Below, piece after piece: positions 39,396 to 51,569 of a DNA stretch of 64,000 nt; position 1 is the stretch's first letter, and each line of letters begins with the position of its first letter. Below the pieces are notes generated by a model. It searched no databases, was not told the DNA's origin, and worked only from the letters and a program-made list of their open reading frames with translations. The stretch spans positions 43,028,001 to 43,092,000 of the forward strand of contig OX597835.1 of NCBI GenBank assembly GCA_951406725.2. The letters run 5' to 3'. This DNA comes from Octopus vulgaris (taxonomy: Eukaryota). The translations under genes were made by a program, and so were the position numbers.

Positions 39396-39781
39396 TAAGT
39401 AGCTTGCTTACCAACCACATGGTTCCGGGTTCAGTCCCACTGTGTGGCACCTTGGGCAAGTGTCTTCTATTATAGCCTCGGGCCGACCAAAGCCTTGTGA
39501 GTGGATTTGGTAGACGGAAACTGAAAGAAGCCCATTGTATATATGTATATATATATATGTGTGTGTGTATGTTTGTGTGTCTGTGTTTGTCCCTGCCACC
39601 ATCGCTTGACAACCGATGCTAGTGTGTTTGTCCCTGTAACTTAGCGGTTCGGTAAAGAGACCGATAGAATAAGTACTAGGCTTACAAAGAATAAGTCCTG
39701 GGGTTTATTTGCTTGACTAAAGGTGGTGCTTCAGCATGGCCACAGTCAAATGACTGAAACAAGTAAAAGAGAGTAAAGAGT
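39396..39781 (+). mobile_element. SINE family A (slightly 5' truncated)
   Basis: Family consensus. Confidence 0.9.
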
Positions 39782-40174
39782 AGGCCTTTAGTTACCATAT
39801 TCCAAGAAATAACATTGGCTAACACAATTTTTGTCCTTGGATGGCTACTGTTATTTCCCCTTTGCTTGACCCCAGAAAATATGAAAAATTATTAACATTC
39901 CCTTCAAACTTGGCTTTTGTCACATTTATTCAAACCTCAAGAATCCCTCTCAAAACATGGCTACGATGCTCCGCAACCACTCCTGCTCATCAGAGACACG
40001 CATATTGTCAGCCACTAAAGCACATGCTTAAGTGGTTAAGATCAAGCAACTGACAAGCAAATCTGTGGCACCGAGCAGGATATTTTGTTATATTTCTGTT
40101 CTAAATTTAAAAGATGAGGAATTATGTACATCATTTACATTCGACAGATGTTTGTCGGATATCTGCCCACAAGC

Positions 40175-40426
40175 ATATGGTGTAGTGGTGAAGAGCGTGG
40201 GCTACCAACCCCAAGATTCCAAGTTCGATCCCAAGTTCGATTCCAAGCAGTGACCTGAACAATAACAATAACAATAATAATAGCATCGAAAAATACCTTA
40301 GGAATGAGAACCCAGGTTCGAAATTTCCCCAAGACACCTGATGAAGGCTGGAGGATATATCAGCCGAAACGTTGTGTTAACAACAAACAGGATGAGGACA
40401 AATATCTGTCAAATGTAAATAATGCA
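40175..40426 (+). mobile_element. tRNA-headed SINE-like element carrying a hammerhead
   Basis: A box TGGTGTAGTGG 40178, duplicated B box AGTTCGAT(C/T)CC, (AAT)n linker, HHR; further copies at 51053-51165 (-) and tail only at 33351-33398. Confidence 0.8.
40333..40378 (+). ncRNA. Minimal type I hammerhead
   Basis: GACAC-CUGAUGA-A-GGCUG(10 nt)CAGCC-GAAAC-GUU-GUGUU. Confidence 0.85.
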
Positions 40427-41585
40427 ATGATATTTCTGTTTCAGTAACTTAGCGCTGAACCTGTCTGAAATGTGAAGGAAAACAGGTCAGTTTCAAAACA
40501 TTGATGCCCAGGTCAGAAAAGCTAAATTTCAAGGGAACTGTTGTCATTTCCTTTGATTTCTAGACAGAAGCAAATAAGAAATAACATTTACTGACCAAAG
40601 ACAAAAAAAAAAATTAAAATTTTGTTACACAGTGTAATAGATCTAAATAATCAATGGGGATGGTCAGCTTAAGTCTGGAACATCTTTGAACAAAGATGTT
40701 GAAATCACACGGTCAATGGGACTAAACAACAACCTGTTAACAGACAACACATAGAAATAGCAGTCAAATCCCTCTTAAATTATACTTAGCCATTTCAGAA
40801 AAAAAAAAGAAAAAAAAAACACAAGGCATTAATTGGAGAAGTCCAAGAAATACTATGTCTATATAAGGGGAAGGTCAGGTGTGGAAGGTCTTTGATCAAA
40901 GGTCTGTTGGAACTGCATTGTTAACAAGTTACAAATAAAGCTAAGATTTCTCCAATATGGAATTTGGTAGAAAAATACAGAAACAACATTCTAGTTTCAA
41001 TTCAATTAAGTGAAAACTTCAAAGAAATATTATGAAACACAGTAATGAGATTGTGTGGTATTCGTGCATTTCTCAATAGAAATAGCAAAGGAAACTAACA
41101 GAAACGGATCTATTTTCAACATAAACTGAAACAGCTTTCAGGATTTGGTTCTCAAAAATGGAAAACATTCTTTGTAGTAATCATTTCAAAAATATTGACA
41201 TTAAATATATTTTATTGACTTCAATTTGCAAAACAAAATAAATATAAATATATATAATGTGTCTGTGTATCTATATATATATACATATATGTATATTTTT
41301 TTATGTGTGTATGTGTGTATATGTATGTATGTATATATATTCTTCCCATTTGTGTTGGACAAGTAACCGGAATGGTTGTTGACTTGACAGTTGTGTGTGA
41401 GAGGAGTTCAATCACAGAATTCAATTGCAGCCTCCTTCCTCTCAGGTAAAAGACACCAATTACAATCAAAGAATTTATTGTCCATCCAATTCTTTAAACA
41501 GAGAATTCCATCATAAAAGACCTCACAACCTGGAATCTCAGTGTTCAGTGGAGTCAAAGAATGGCCAATAAAACAATGATCACAC

Positions 41586-41694
41586 CTGCTTTCTTAGCAC
41601 CGGGAGTGGCTTGACCTTAGAATCAGCACCATGGTCTTGGCAACGTTCTTCCGTTCTTCGGGGATTTTCTCTTTTTCTCTGTAGAGTGACATAT
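41586..41694 (-). CDS. Candidate exon (YVTLQRKRENPRRTEERCQDHGADSKVKPLPVLRKQ), internal or terminal
   Basis: ttttattgaaattcag acceptor; CAG|GTGTG donor or read-through to V-stop; minus-strand AATAAA at 41474-41479. Confidence 0.4.
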
Positions 41695-41936
41695 CTGAAT
41701 TTCAATAAAAGAGGAATATTTTAGAATTGAAAATGGAAACAGAAAAGTAAATTCCAATTTAATTTTAATTAAAAAAAAAGCAATTTTAAAAAATTTCGTC
41801 TTTCCATCACACTATCAGCAGATGGGCACACGTGTATATATAAATAGGGAAAGTTTACGGAAAAAACAAGAGACGAAGACAGGTAGTGTACAAAACAAAC
41901 AGATGTATTAGTATAACGCTCAGGAATAGAAAAAGT

Positions 41937-41972
41937 CTTTTACGTTTCGAGCCTACGCTCTTCTACAGAAAG
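41937..41972 (-). ncRNA. Minimal hammerhead fold with CUGUAGA (A6U) core, in repeat 41845-42030
   Basis: CUUU-CUGUAGA-A-GAGC guag GCUC-GAAAC-GUA-AAAG; sibling at 62640-62675. Confidence 0.7.
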
Positions 41973-42441
41973 GGACACAGAAAAAACAAGGAGCGAAAAA
42001 AAATGTGTGTAGTGGCTAACGATCTATCATGGCGCCTGATATAGAAATAGATGGATAACGTGTCATCCACTACAGCTATTTTCAAAGAACTTTAGAAAAA
42101 ACTGTTTCCATCAGACGAATCACAACGGTCAAAAACCATTCAAAAGCCAACAGCTTGTGCCACTTCAGGATTCTATGACCACTGTTGGTCATAAAATGAA
42201 TTTATTTGTTCAGTTTGGTAGTATTATAGAAAATGACACGTCAGGTATGGGTATAGCAATGAAGGAGATTAGAGAATGGGTGGTGGGGCTCAGATAGCTA
42301 AGCATCTCGCCCCTACAACTATGATTTACTTTCTTTTATAATTCTGCTCAACAAGTGGTTTGGGGGCTAAATACAAAGGGTCAGGTCACCCATTTATTTA
42401 TTTATAAATTCATTTAACAGCTTTCTATATGTCTCATTTAA

Positions 42442-42660
42442 CCCTTTAGTATTTAAACCAGCCATATCTGGCCAAAATATTTAATCTGTTTTATGTTCAA
42501 ACTGACCAGATCCAGGCTCTCACACCTACCCTACAATGTTATTCTACATTAAGTAATTACACCATCAACATCTTGAAGATATGAAATAATGTGTGGTTAA
42601 TTCAAATCAATGGGAATCAATAAGCATTACATTTGATAGAATAATCAGAACACTAAAGGG
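42442..42660. mobile_element. piggyBac-like MITE
   Basis: TTAA|CCCTTTAGT ... ACTAAAGGG|TTAA. Confidence 0.85.
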
Positions 42661-42936
42661 TTAAGGCCCAGAAAGGCTGTAAAAGAGAGAAGCAGTAAGT
42701 TTAAGATGTGCTGATAGGGGAGAGGGTATCAAATAAGAGTGGCCATCATATCAATAATTAGATAAACAAAGAAGTATACAATAAAAAACATACAATAAAA
42801 ATATGAAAGCAAATGGATAATAATTAAAAAAAGGTTATAATAAAGAAAATTTGGATAATAATTAAAATGAAAGTGGTAGATAGGATATTATAGGAATTAA
42901 GAAATAATTAAAAAGTAGTTAAAATAAAATAAGGTA

Positions 42937-43205
42937 ATCATCATCATCATCATTTAACGTCCGTTTTCCATGCTAGCATGGGTTGGACGGTTTGACCAGG
43001 GTCTGGAAGCCATGGAGGCTGCACCAGGCTCCAATCTGGTTTGGCAGTGCTTCTACAGCTGGATGCCCTTCCTAACGCCAACCACTCTGTGAGTGTAGTG
43101 GGTGTTTTTTACGTGCCACCAGCACAGGGGCCAGAGCAGGCTGGCAAGAGGCCACGATCGGTTGGTGCTTTTACACGTCACCGACACGGACGCCAGTCAG
43201 GCGGA
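42937..43205 (-). mobile_element. Family B element
   Basis: As 20794. Confidence 0.85.
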
Positions 43206-43339
43206 TTATGAAAAATAGCAAGTAAAAAGTGAAATGGAAAAAAAACAAAATAAAAATATTACAAAGATGTACTTGCATAGCAAGTGACCTGATCTGAGAT
43301 CGTGTGCTAAAACAATTGCAGCGTGGAAAGGTGTTTATA

Positions 43340-43541
43340 AGCCATTAAAGAAACACACAAAAACCATTAGATTCACTTCAACATTTAAATTTAATTTGTC
43401 AAAATATTTTCGTCGCTTTGAGACCGCGACTGTTCACTGACAAAATTCCATGCTGAAGTATGGAATTTTGTCAGTGAACAGGTCATGGTCTCAAAATGTT
43501 GAAGTGAATCTAACAGTTTTTGTAAATGACTAATAAACACT
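43340..43541. repeat. Head-to-head foldback centred at about 43455
   Basis: ttagattcacttcaacattt..gttcactgacaaaattccat / atggaattttgtcagtgaac..aaatgttgaagtgaatctaa. Confidence 0.9.
43395..43444 (-). ncRNA. Hammerhead-like fold with G3:C8-swapped core
   Basis: UUUGUCA-GUGAACA-GUCGC(9 nt)GCGAC-GAAA-AUAU-UU-UGACAAA. Confidence 0.65.
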
Positions 43542-43800
43542 AAACACCTACCATGCTGCAAAATAAAAGTAACAGAATATATGATAACCATAACACAACA
43601 AGTCAGTATGTTTGAAATTAATCCAAATATATGAAAGAAAATATAAGAAAGGAGTATGGCATAAATTCCAAAGCCACAATTTGTGGCGTATAAAATAGAT
43701 AAGGCTGACGGCGGCAGTCAGAGGTTGATCCACATTGAGAATTTAAAGCATACGCTTGATAAGAAAGTATTTTTACATATTGCATACAACATAAGAGATA

Positions 43801-44199
43801 TACTCTTTACTCACTTTACTCTTTTACTTGTTTCAGTCATTTGACTGTGGCCATGCTGGAGCACTGCCTTTAGTCGAGCAACTCGACCCCAGGACTTATT
43901 CTTTTGTAAGCCCAGTACTTATTCTATCGGTCTCTTTTGCCGAACCGCTAAGTAACGAGGACATAAACACACCAGCATCAGTTGTCAAGCAATGCTAGGG
44001 GGACAAACACAGACACACAAACACACACACGCATACATATATATACATATATACGACGGGCTTCTTTCAGTTTCCATCTACCAAATCCACTCACAAGGCT
44101 TTGGTCGACCCAAGGCTATAGTAGAAGACACTTGCCCAAGGTACCACGCAGTGGGACTGAACCTGGAACCATGTGGTTGATAAGCAAGCCACTCCTGCG
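43801..44199 (-). mobile_element. SINE family A
   Basis: Family consensus. Confidence 0.9.
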
Positions 44200-44280
44200 C
44201 GTATATGAGTATATAATATATAAGAAAGTATCTGGTTTGCAAGATTCTTTATGTGAATTCGTGTGTTGAAACAAATTTTT

Positions 44281-44437
44281 TTGTGTCTAGTGAGAGTCAT
44301 TATGTCAATATACTTAACACACACACACACACTGGCTCAATTGCACTCTTTCATTAAATATCTGATATTTAACGAGTGGAATTGCACCAGTGTGTGTGTA
44401 TTAATTATCCTGATGTAATGACTCTCCCTAGACACAA
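44281..44437. repeat. Foldback centred on ttaaatatctgatatttaa
   Basis: ttgtgtctagtgagagtcatta / taatgactctccctagacacaa; a single arm recurs at about 52603-52675. Confidence 0.85.
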
Positions 44438-45246
44438 CAAAATAGAAAGTATTTATATATATTGCATAAAACATAAGTAGATAATAGATAAAATATTTTG
44501 TATTACAGATTATAAATCAGATATAAATTAAAAAATATATAAAGGAGTGGCTGTAAGGTGCTGGGGAAGCTGTGTGGTAAGAAGCTTGCTTCCCAACCAC
44601 AGGGTTCCAGGTTCAGTCCCACTATGTGGCACCTTGGACAAGTGCCTTTTATTATAAGCCTTGGGCTGAGGCTTAATTCATCACATAGATGTAGTTCTTA
44701 TGTCTGCTGATTGCTCAGCATTTTAGCGGCAGTGCCGACAGCTACAAAGGAGAGTATATCCACTGAGAGTTTTTTTTGGTGCATTCAGAAATCACACACC
44801 CACCACCCACTTTTCCATTACAAGATTAGGGCCTGGAATCTTCCAAACAGATGCATAACATATTGCTTAGTTGAATTGGCCCTTCATTTACTCCACAAAT
44901 GTTTTGTCATCAATGCTGCACTTCCCTGTATCATGTTTCAACTTAACTGTACCCTATATACAATATTTGTCATTTTATATATATATATTATATATAATAT
45001 ATGAATATGTCACGAGATATATATATATATATATTCAAGTAATCTGATAGTACTCATAAAAAAAACCTCCTTAATGTATCATTCTACAAACCATACAGAA
45101 AGAAAAGATGGTAAAATACAAAAGAAAAGGATAAGGGGTGTATATAACGATAAATGAGAGAAATATTTAGATGAATCTTTAAGAATAAAAAAAATCCAAA
45201 TTTCACAGCAAATTTGTTTTATAACTCAACATGTAAATAACTTATT

Positions 45247-46335
45247 CAGGGTGTTCAAAAAGTCTCTCCACGGTGAATTTCTTTCCTCCTGTGCATGCAC
45301 AACTTGGCTACCCTGTGTGGGTGGCTGGGTGTCAGCCACTGTATCTCAGTTGTTGTGTACCTTTCAATGTGTTGACATGCTAACCATTGAAGAACGTTCA
45401 TTTTTAGTTGAAAGGGTGTTTTGAGCTGGAAACAAATACACAGACACTGTGAAACAGAAGTTCGGTGAAACTTTTCCAAATACTGTTGTTTGTACATCGT
45501 GACACTGTGCGGGATTTAATAAGAAAATTTAGAAACATAGGCTTAGTGGAAGACGCAGCAAGAAGCAGTAGGCTTACTGTTTTTTCAGATGAAACATTCT
45601 CCAATATTTCTGATAAAATGCTGGCAAACCCACCAAACCCCTTACACAAATTGTCACAGGAAACAGACCATCAGCCTAGAAAGGGCTCACACGGCAATAA
45701 AAAAGAAATTAAATTTCAACACCTCTTATTAAGTTTTTTAAAGTCTTGTACAATCTAATCTATTGTTTTGCAGTCTTATACCATCTCATAAGTATATCAT
45801 CATCATCGTTTAACGTCCGCTTTCCATGCTAGCATGGGTTGGACGGTTCAACTGGGGTCTGGGAAGCCAGAAGGCTGCACCAGACCCAGTCTGATCTGGC
45901 AGAGTTTCTATAGCTGGATGCCCTTCCTAATGCCAACCACTCCGTGAGTGTATGTGGGTGATTTTACGTTCCACCGGCACAGGTGCCAGATGGGGCTGGC
46001 AAACGGCCATGATCAGATGGTGCTTTTTACGTGCCACTGGCATAGGGGCCAGGCAAGGCTGGCAACGGCCACAATCGGATGGTGCTTTTTACGTGCCACC
46101 AGCACAAGGCCAGTCAGCGCGGCGCTGGCAACGGCCACGTTCGGATGGATTTCTTACGTACCACCGGCACTGGTATCACAGCTGCAATTTCCATTGATGT
46201 TGATCGATTTCGATTTTCACTTGCCTCAACAGGTCTTCACAAGTAGAGTTTTGTGTACCAAGAAGGAAAGGTATGCTATGGGTTATATATTTTGCAATAA
46301 AATACTTAATGCGAAGAGACTTTTTGAACACCCTG
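45247..46335 (+). mobile_element. Tc1/mariner remnant with N-terminal HTH transposase region; family B insert at 45797-46270
   Basis: TIRs CAGGGTGTTCAAAAAGTCTCT / AGAGACTTTTTGAACACCCTG-TA; HRDTVRDLIRKFRNIGLVEDAARSSR. Confidence 0.85.
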
Positions 46336-46903
46336 TATTATCATATTTTGAAAATAGATTACTTAGATGCCTGCATTAATGCAAAAGGTAAAAGTTCTTT
46401 CAAAATAATGCAGAATTTGAGCTATGTCATCAGGTTGATGCCAGCACTAATGCTTGGTTGCCATAGAAGGTTCCAGTGACTAGCATTGCACCATGGCTGC
46501 TACTATTGCAACTGAAAGATTTATATCAGAGCAGATTCTAGAAGAGCTGCCTCCCCCACAGAAAAAAAAACAAAAAGGACATGGCGGCGGCAGGGGGGTG
46601 GCTCCTCTTTCCCTGGAACCCAGACAGACACAACCATCCTAGGTTAGAACAGACTTTGGAATAATGGTAACCAAGGGATGACTCCACACTCCCCCACAAC
46701 TCCAGAAGCGAAGCCTTGCCTCCAGATGCAACTTGCATAAATACACACACACACACATGCACATCTATTTATATTCTATGACAAGTGGTCTGACAAGGAA
46801 CTCTATCCTCTTGAGTCTCACTTTGGTAAAACTAAACCACAACAGCTTTGTCCAAAGCCTGACTCATTCTGACAGAATGTGTCACCAAACACTTCAACCC
46901 ACC

Positions 46904-46945
<42 letters not shown>

Positions 46946-47007
46946 AAATGTTACTGTTTTGTAAAGAAAAAAAAACAGGGTGACACATAATACTCAACTC
47001 ATGCAGC

Positions 47008-47267
47008 CAGTGCCAGATTTAGGACAAATGAGGCCCTTGCAGACCCCTTATGAGGACCCTTACTTGGCCCCATTTATGTTAAAAAACGTGTAAAAGCATT
47101 CTCATTATTAATTTCACTTTTATAAGTTTAAGGAATAACATTTGAATGTTTGACAATTGAAAAATTCATCATAAAAAATTTGGAGGGCAGGAAGATGAGC
47201 CCCCGCTTCCTGGCCAACGGGGCCCTGTGCTTAAGCTCTCCTAAGCGCAATGGTAACTCTAGCACTG
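47008..47267. mobile_element. Possible Harbinger-like MITE
   Basis: cagtgccagattta ... taactctagcactg imperfect TIRs with internal gggccc words. Confidence 0.45.
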
Positions 47268-47576
47268 CATTCAGCAAAGTTTGTTCATACATTTATTTCA
47301 TCATTTCAGGATATGGCTGTTATGTGTGTCAAATACTCACACCTTCCTCATGGCCAGATACACAGTTCATGGCCTATAATGTTCAGCATGCTAACAATTC
47401 TGCCAGCTCACTACCTTATTAATAAAAATAATAATCCTTTCTACTATAGCCAAAAGGCCCCAAATTTTTTTTTTGGGGGGGGGGTCAATAAATTAAGTAC
47501 CAGTGAAACACTGGGGTTGATGTAATTGACTGATCCATCCCAACAAATTTCAGGCCTTATGCTTTTAGTAGAAACG

Positions 47577-48068
47577 ATCATTATCATTATTATTATCATC
47601 ATTATTATTATCATTATTATTATCATCATTATTATTATCATCATTATTATCATCATTATTATTATCATTATTATTATCATTATTTTTATTATCATCATTA
47701 TTATTATCATCATTATTATCATCATTATTATTATCATTATTATTATCATTATTTTTATTATTATTATTATCATTATTATCATCATTATTATTATTATCAT
47801 CATTATTATTATCATTATTATCATCATTATTATTATTATCATTATTATCATTATCATTATTATTATGATTATTATCATTATTATTATCATTATTTTTATT
47901 ATTATTATTATCATTATTATCATCATTATTATCATCATTATTATTATTATCATCATTATTATCATCATTATTATCATCATTATTATTATTATCATTATTA
48001 TCATTATCATTATTATTATGATTATCATCATTATTATTATTATCTTTATTATCATTATCATTATTATC
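47577..48068. repeat. (ATT/ATC)n trinucleotide tract
   Basis: Direct reading. Confidence 0.97.
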
Positions 48069-48384
48069 CTGCATGTGTAAGCAAAAGTAGGGTATTGCAG
48101 TCGCTCGTCTTTGTGTGTTTGCAAAATTACTTGAAAATGGCCGAGCTCTGATTGGCTGTATGCAAATGAGTTCATAACTGGGGTCCGGAACCCTTGTGGG
48201 TAAAATAATTTCGCTGGCTGGACGCTCTCCTCTTACCAACCATCATTTGTTTCCAAGCAAAGTAATATGGCCAGACATGTCTTTCATGCAAAACTGGAAA
48301 CAAAACAACACTGCTAGTATGACAGTGACACTTCTTTACAACAATATCAAGACAAGGATATACACCCATGCATGTGTTTATCTT

Positions 48385-48996
48385 ATCTTTTACTTGCTTC
48401 AGTCATTGGACAGCAGCCATGCACAAGAACCACCTCAAAGGGGCACCTCCTTGAAGTATATTTTGTCAAATGAATCAACCCTAATACTTAATATTTTTTA
48501 AACCTAGTACTTATTCTATTGGTCTTATTTGCTGAACTGCTAAGTTACAGAGATGTAAACACACCAACACCAGTTGTCAAGCAGTGATGGTGGACAAACA
48601 CACATATACATACACACACAGATATATATATATATACACACACATATATATGATGGGCTTCTTTCAGTTTCCGTCAACCAAATCCACTCACAAGGCTTTG
48701 GGCAGCCCAAGGCTAGAGGACACTTGCTCAAGGTTCCACTTAGTGAAGCTCAACCTTAAAAGAAGATAGAAACTGAAAGAAACCCATCATATCTGCGTTT
48801 GTGTGTCACCATCACTGTTTGACAACCAGTGTTGGTGTGTTTACATCCTTGTAACTTAGTGGTTCAGCAAAAGATAGCAATAGAATAAGTACCAAGTTTA
48901 AGAAGTAAGTCCTGGAATCGATTTGTTCAACTAAAATCCTTCAAAGTGGTGCCCCAGCATGGCCGCAGTCAAATGACTGAAACAAGTAAAAGAATG
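48385..48996. mobile_element. Two diverged family A SINEs in opposite orientation (48385-48750 -, 48766-48996 +)
   Basis: Family consensus on both strands. Confidence 0.8.
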
Positions 48997-49057
48997 AGAA
49001 AAAAACCATACATACATACAGATATATACACATACATAGATATATATATATATATCA

Positions 49058-49363
49058 CGTGACCACGTGACCGACCAGACCGTCAGATGTTGTTACACAT
49101 CGCTGGTCACAATGCATTCGCATTGTTTTTAGCCTTCGAATGACGCCACCCCGCTGGCTAAGCGAGCAGGCCAACTGAAGAAAGAGTGAGAGAAAGAGTG
49201 GTGAAAGAGTACAGCAGGGATCACCACCATCCCCTGCCGGAGCCTCGTGGAGCTTTTAGGTGTTTTCGCTCAATAAACACTCACAACACCCGGTCTGGGA
49301 ATCGAAACAGCGATCCTACGACCGCAAGTACACTGCCCTAACCACTAGGCTATTGCGCCTCCA
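49058..49363 (-). mobile_element. SINE family C
   Basis: Reverse complement of the 17802 head and body, TA flanks. Confidence 0.85.
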
Positions 49364-49443
49364 CATATATATATATATATATATATACACATGAAACCAT
49401 GAACCTGAAACCATACAGCTGCAAAACAACCTTCTCAACCACG

Positions 49444-49478
<35 letters not shown>

Positions 49479-49709
49479 ATATATTTACATATTTACAGTT
49501 TATGTATTAAATAGGTCAGCTGTTCATAAGTTAAAAAGCACATTTTAAAAAATATTCTGAGTAGTTTTCTTTCATGTATTCAAGTAATTTATCTTTGGTT
49601 ATGGCCTGTTAGAAAGTTGCCGTTGGTTTCACCTCTACTATAGCACTTGGCAAAATAGGTGACTCACCAAAAGTGTATATACTACTCAACTGTGTAATAC
49701 AAAGATATA

Positions 49710-50059
49710 TATGCCAAAGATTCCAACATCACCATCAAAATACAGGTCCAGATACTGCAACAGCTTGGGTTTCAGAGGACCACAGCTCTTTAACATCCTC
49801 CCTAAATGCCTGAGAGACTTACATGGTGTGGATGTGGGTGTCTTTAAGACTAAGCTGGATCTCTTCTTGTCGGGGGTCCTGGATGAACCTACCTCATGAC
49901 AGGAGACACAGATGCGGGCAGCAGCAGCGAACTCCCTTGTTGATCAAGTGCCACGTATCAGAGGTGGATTCACATATTAGTGTAGCTCATTCAGTGGTGG
50001 TGACCCAGCATGGCTGTGGCCTTCGGGCTAAAACATTTTTAAGGATTTAAGGATTTTAA

Positions 50060-50063
<4 letters not shown>
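49710..50063 (+). mobile_element. LINE 3' end (CR1/L2-group-like ORF2 C-terminus + UTR + TTTAAGGA tail)
   Basis: NSLGFRGPQLFNILPKCLRDL..FKTKLDLFL..DEP..RAAAANSL. Confidence 0.75.
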
Positions 50064-50103
<40 letters not shown>

Positions 50104-50107
<4 letters not shown>

Positions 50108-50458
50108 TCTCTCTTTTTTCTCTTTTACTTGTTTCAGTCATTTGATTGCAACCATGCTGGAGCACTACCTTAAGTCAAGCAAATCGACCCCCGAACCGCT
50201 AAGTTACGAGGATGTAAACACACTAGCATCGGTTGTCAAGCGATGTTGGTGGGACAAACACAGTCACAAACACGCACATACATACAAATATATACACGAC
50301 GGCTTCTTTCAGTTTCCGTCTACCAAATCCACTCACAAGGCTTTGGTTGGCCCAAGGCTATAGTAGAAGACACTTGCCCAAGGTGGCATGCAGTGGGACT
50401 GAACCCAAAACCATGTGGCTGGTAAACAAGCTACTTACCACACAGCCACTCCTGCACC
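50104..50458 (-). mobile_element. SINE family A with internal deletion
   Basis: Family consensus. Confidence 0.88.
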
Positions 50459-50817
50459 TGGTTTTTATATATATATATATATATATAAACCATAATTGTA
50501 AAATATAAAGGGTAGTGAATTTTTTTAGAAATCTCACTACCAGTGGCCTACCATGTATAAAAAGTCAATAGACAACATATTCTCTCATTTTGACTGCTCC
50601 TTCTAGCATGTAAGGCTGTCTGTTAAGGGTCGCCTCTTTCGTGTTTAAATGTACACTAATTTTATATAGCACATATATATATGTTTAGGTTAGCTAAAAT
50701 ATGTGACATATTTCAACTGCTGAGAAGCAAATTCATTGCTGTTAGCATGGAAAAAATATTTCTCTTATGGTAAAAAGGTGTGGAAACGGTTTGTTCAGTG
50801 TCGTCATCTATCAGGAA

Positions 50818-50862
50818 TCCCAGACATCGATGTTTCGAGTTCTTTGACTCTTGTCAATGGGA
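50818..50862 (-). ncRNA. Hammerhead fold with UUGACAA (U3:A8) core
   Basis: UCCCA-UUGACAA-GAGU caaaga ACUC-GAAAC-AUCGAU-GUC-UGGGA. Confidence 0.7.
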
Positions 50863-51076
50863 CGTACCTGAGTGAGGCAACTTTGAACAAACTTATAAAA
50901 CAATAGCTTTGTGTAAAAATACAGTGAAGAACGGTGACTGGTTAGCACTGGTAGAGCGCCCAATCATGAAACATAACGAAATGTTAGCGCCAAGTAGTGT
51001 TTGGGCATAAGCAAAATTTAGGTTAGTTAAAAATATACAGTTCTATATTTTTTTTGTCCTCATCTTATTTGTTGTT

Positions 51077-51119
51077 AACACGTTTCGGCTGATATACCCT
51101 CCAGCCTTCATCAGGTGTC
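51077..51119 (-). ncRNA. Decayed hammerhead of the 40333 family (2-nt deletion at the cleavage site)
   Basis: GACAC-CUGAUGA-A-GGCUG..CAGCC-GAAAC-GUGUU. Confidence 0.7.
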
Positions 51120-51529
51120 TTGGGGAAGATTTTGAACCTGGGTTTTCATTCCTAAGGTATTTTATGATTTTCTGGTATCATCATCAATAACGTTTCGAAC
51201 CTGTTGGATGAACTCTGGTGTCCTGTTAGTGTCAGAATGTTTAGAATGTTTTTTTTTTTCCTCTTTGATACAGTTGAAACACACACACACTGGTATAGAC
51301 TCAAACATATGTATATGCACAGACAGACAACACTAACATAGGTATATACACAGGTGTACACAAACATATATGCACACACATACGCACATGCAGAGAAACG
51401 TAGGCATAGACAGAAACATGTGTTTTTCCAATTAATAACTATTTAACATGAAAACTTATTAAGCAAATTACAGTTATCTTCATTAGTGTACCACTAGGTC
51501 ATTGGAACACAGTACACACAAGTGCATAT

Positions 51530-51569
<40 letters not shown>

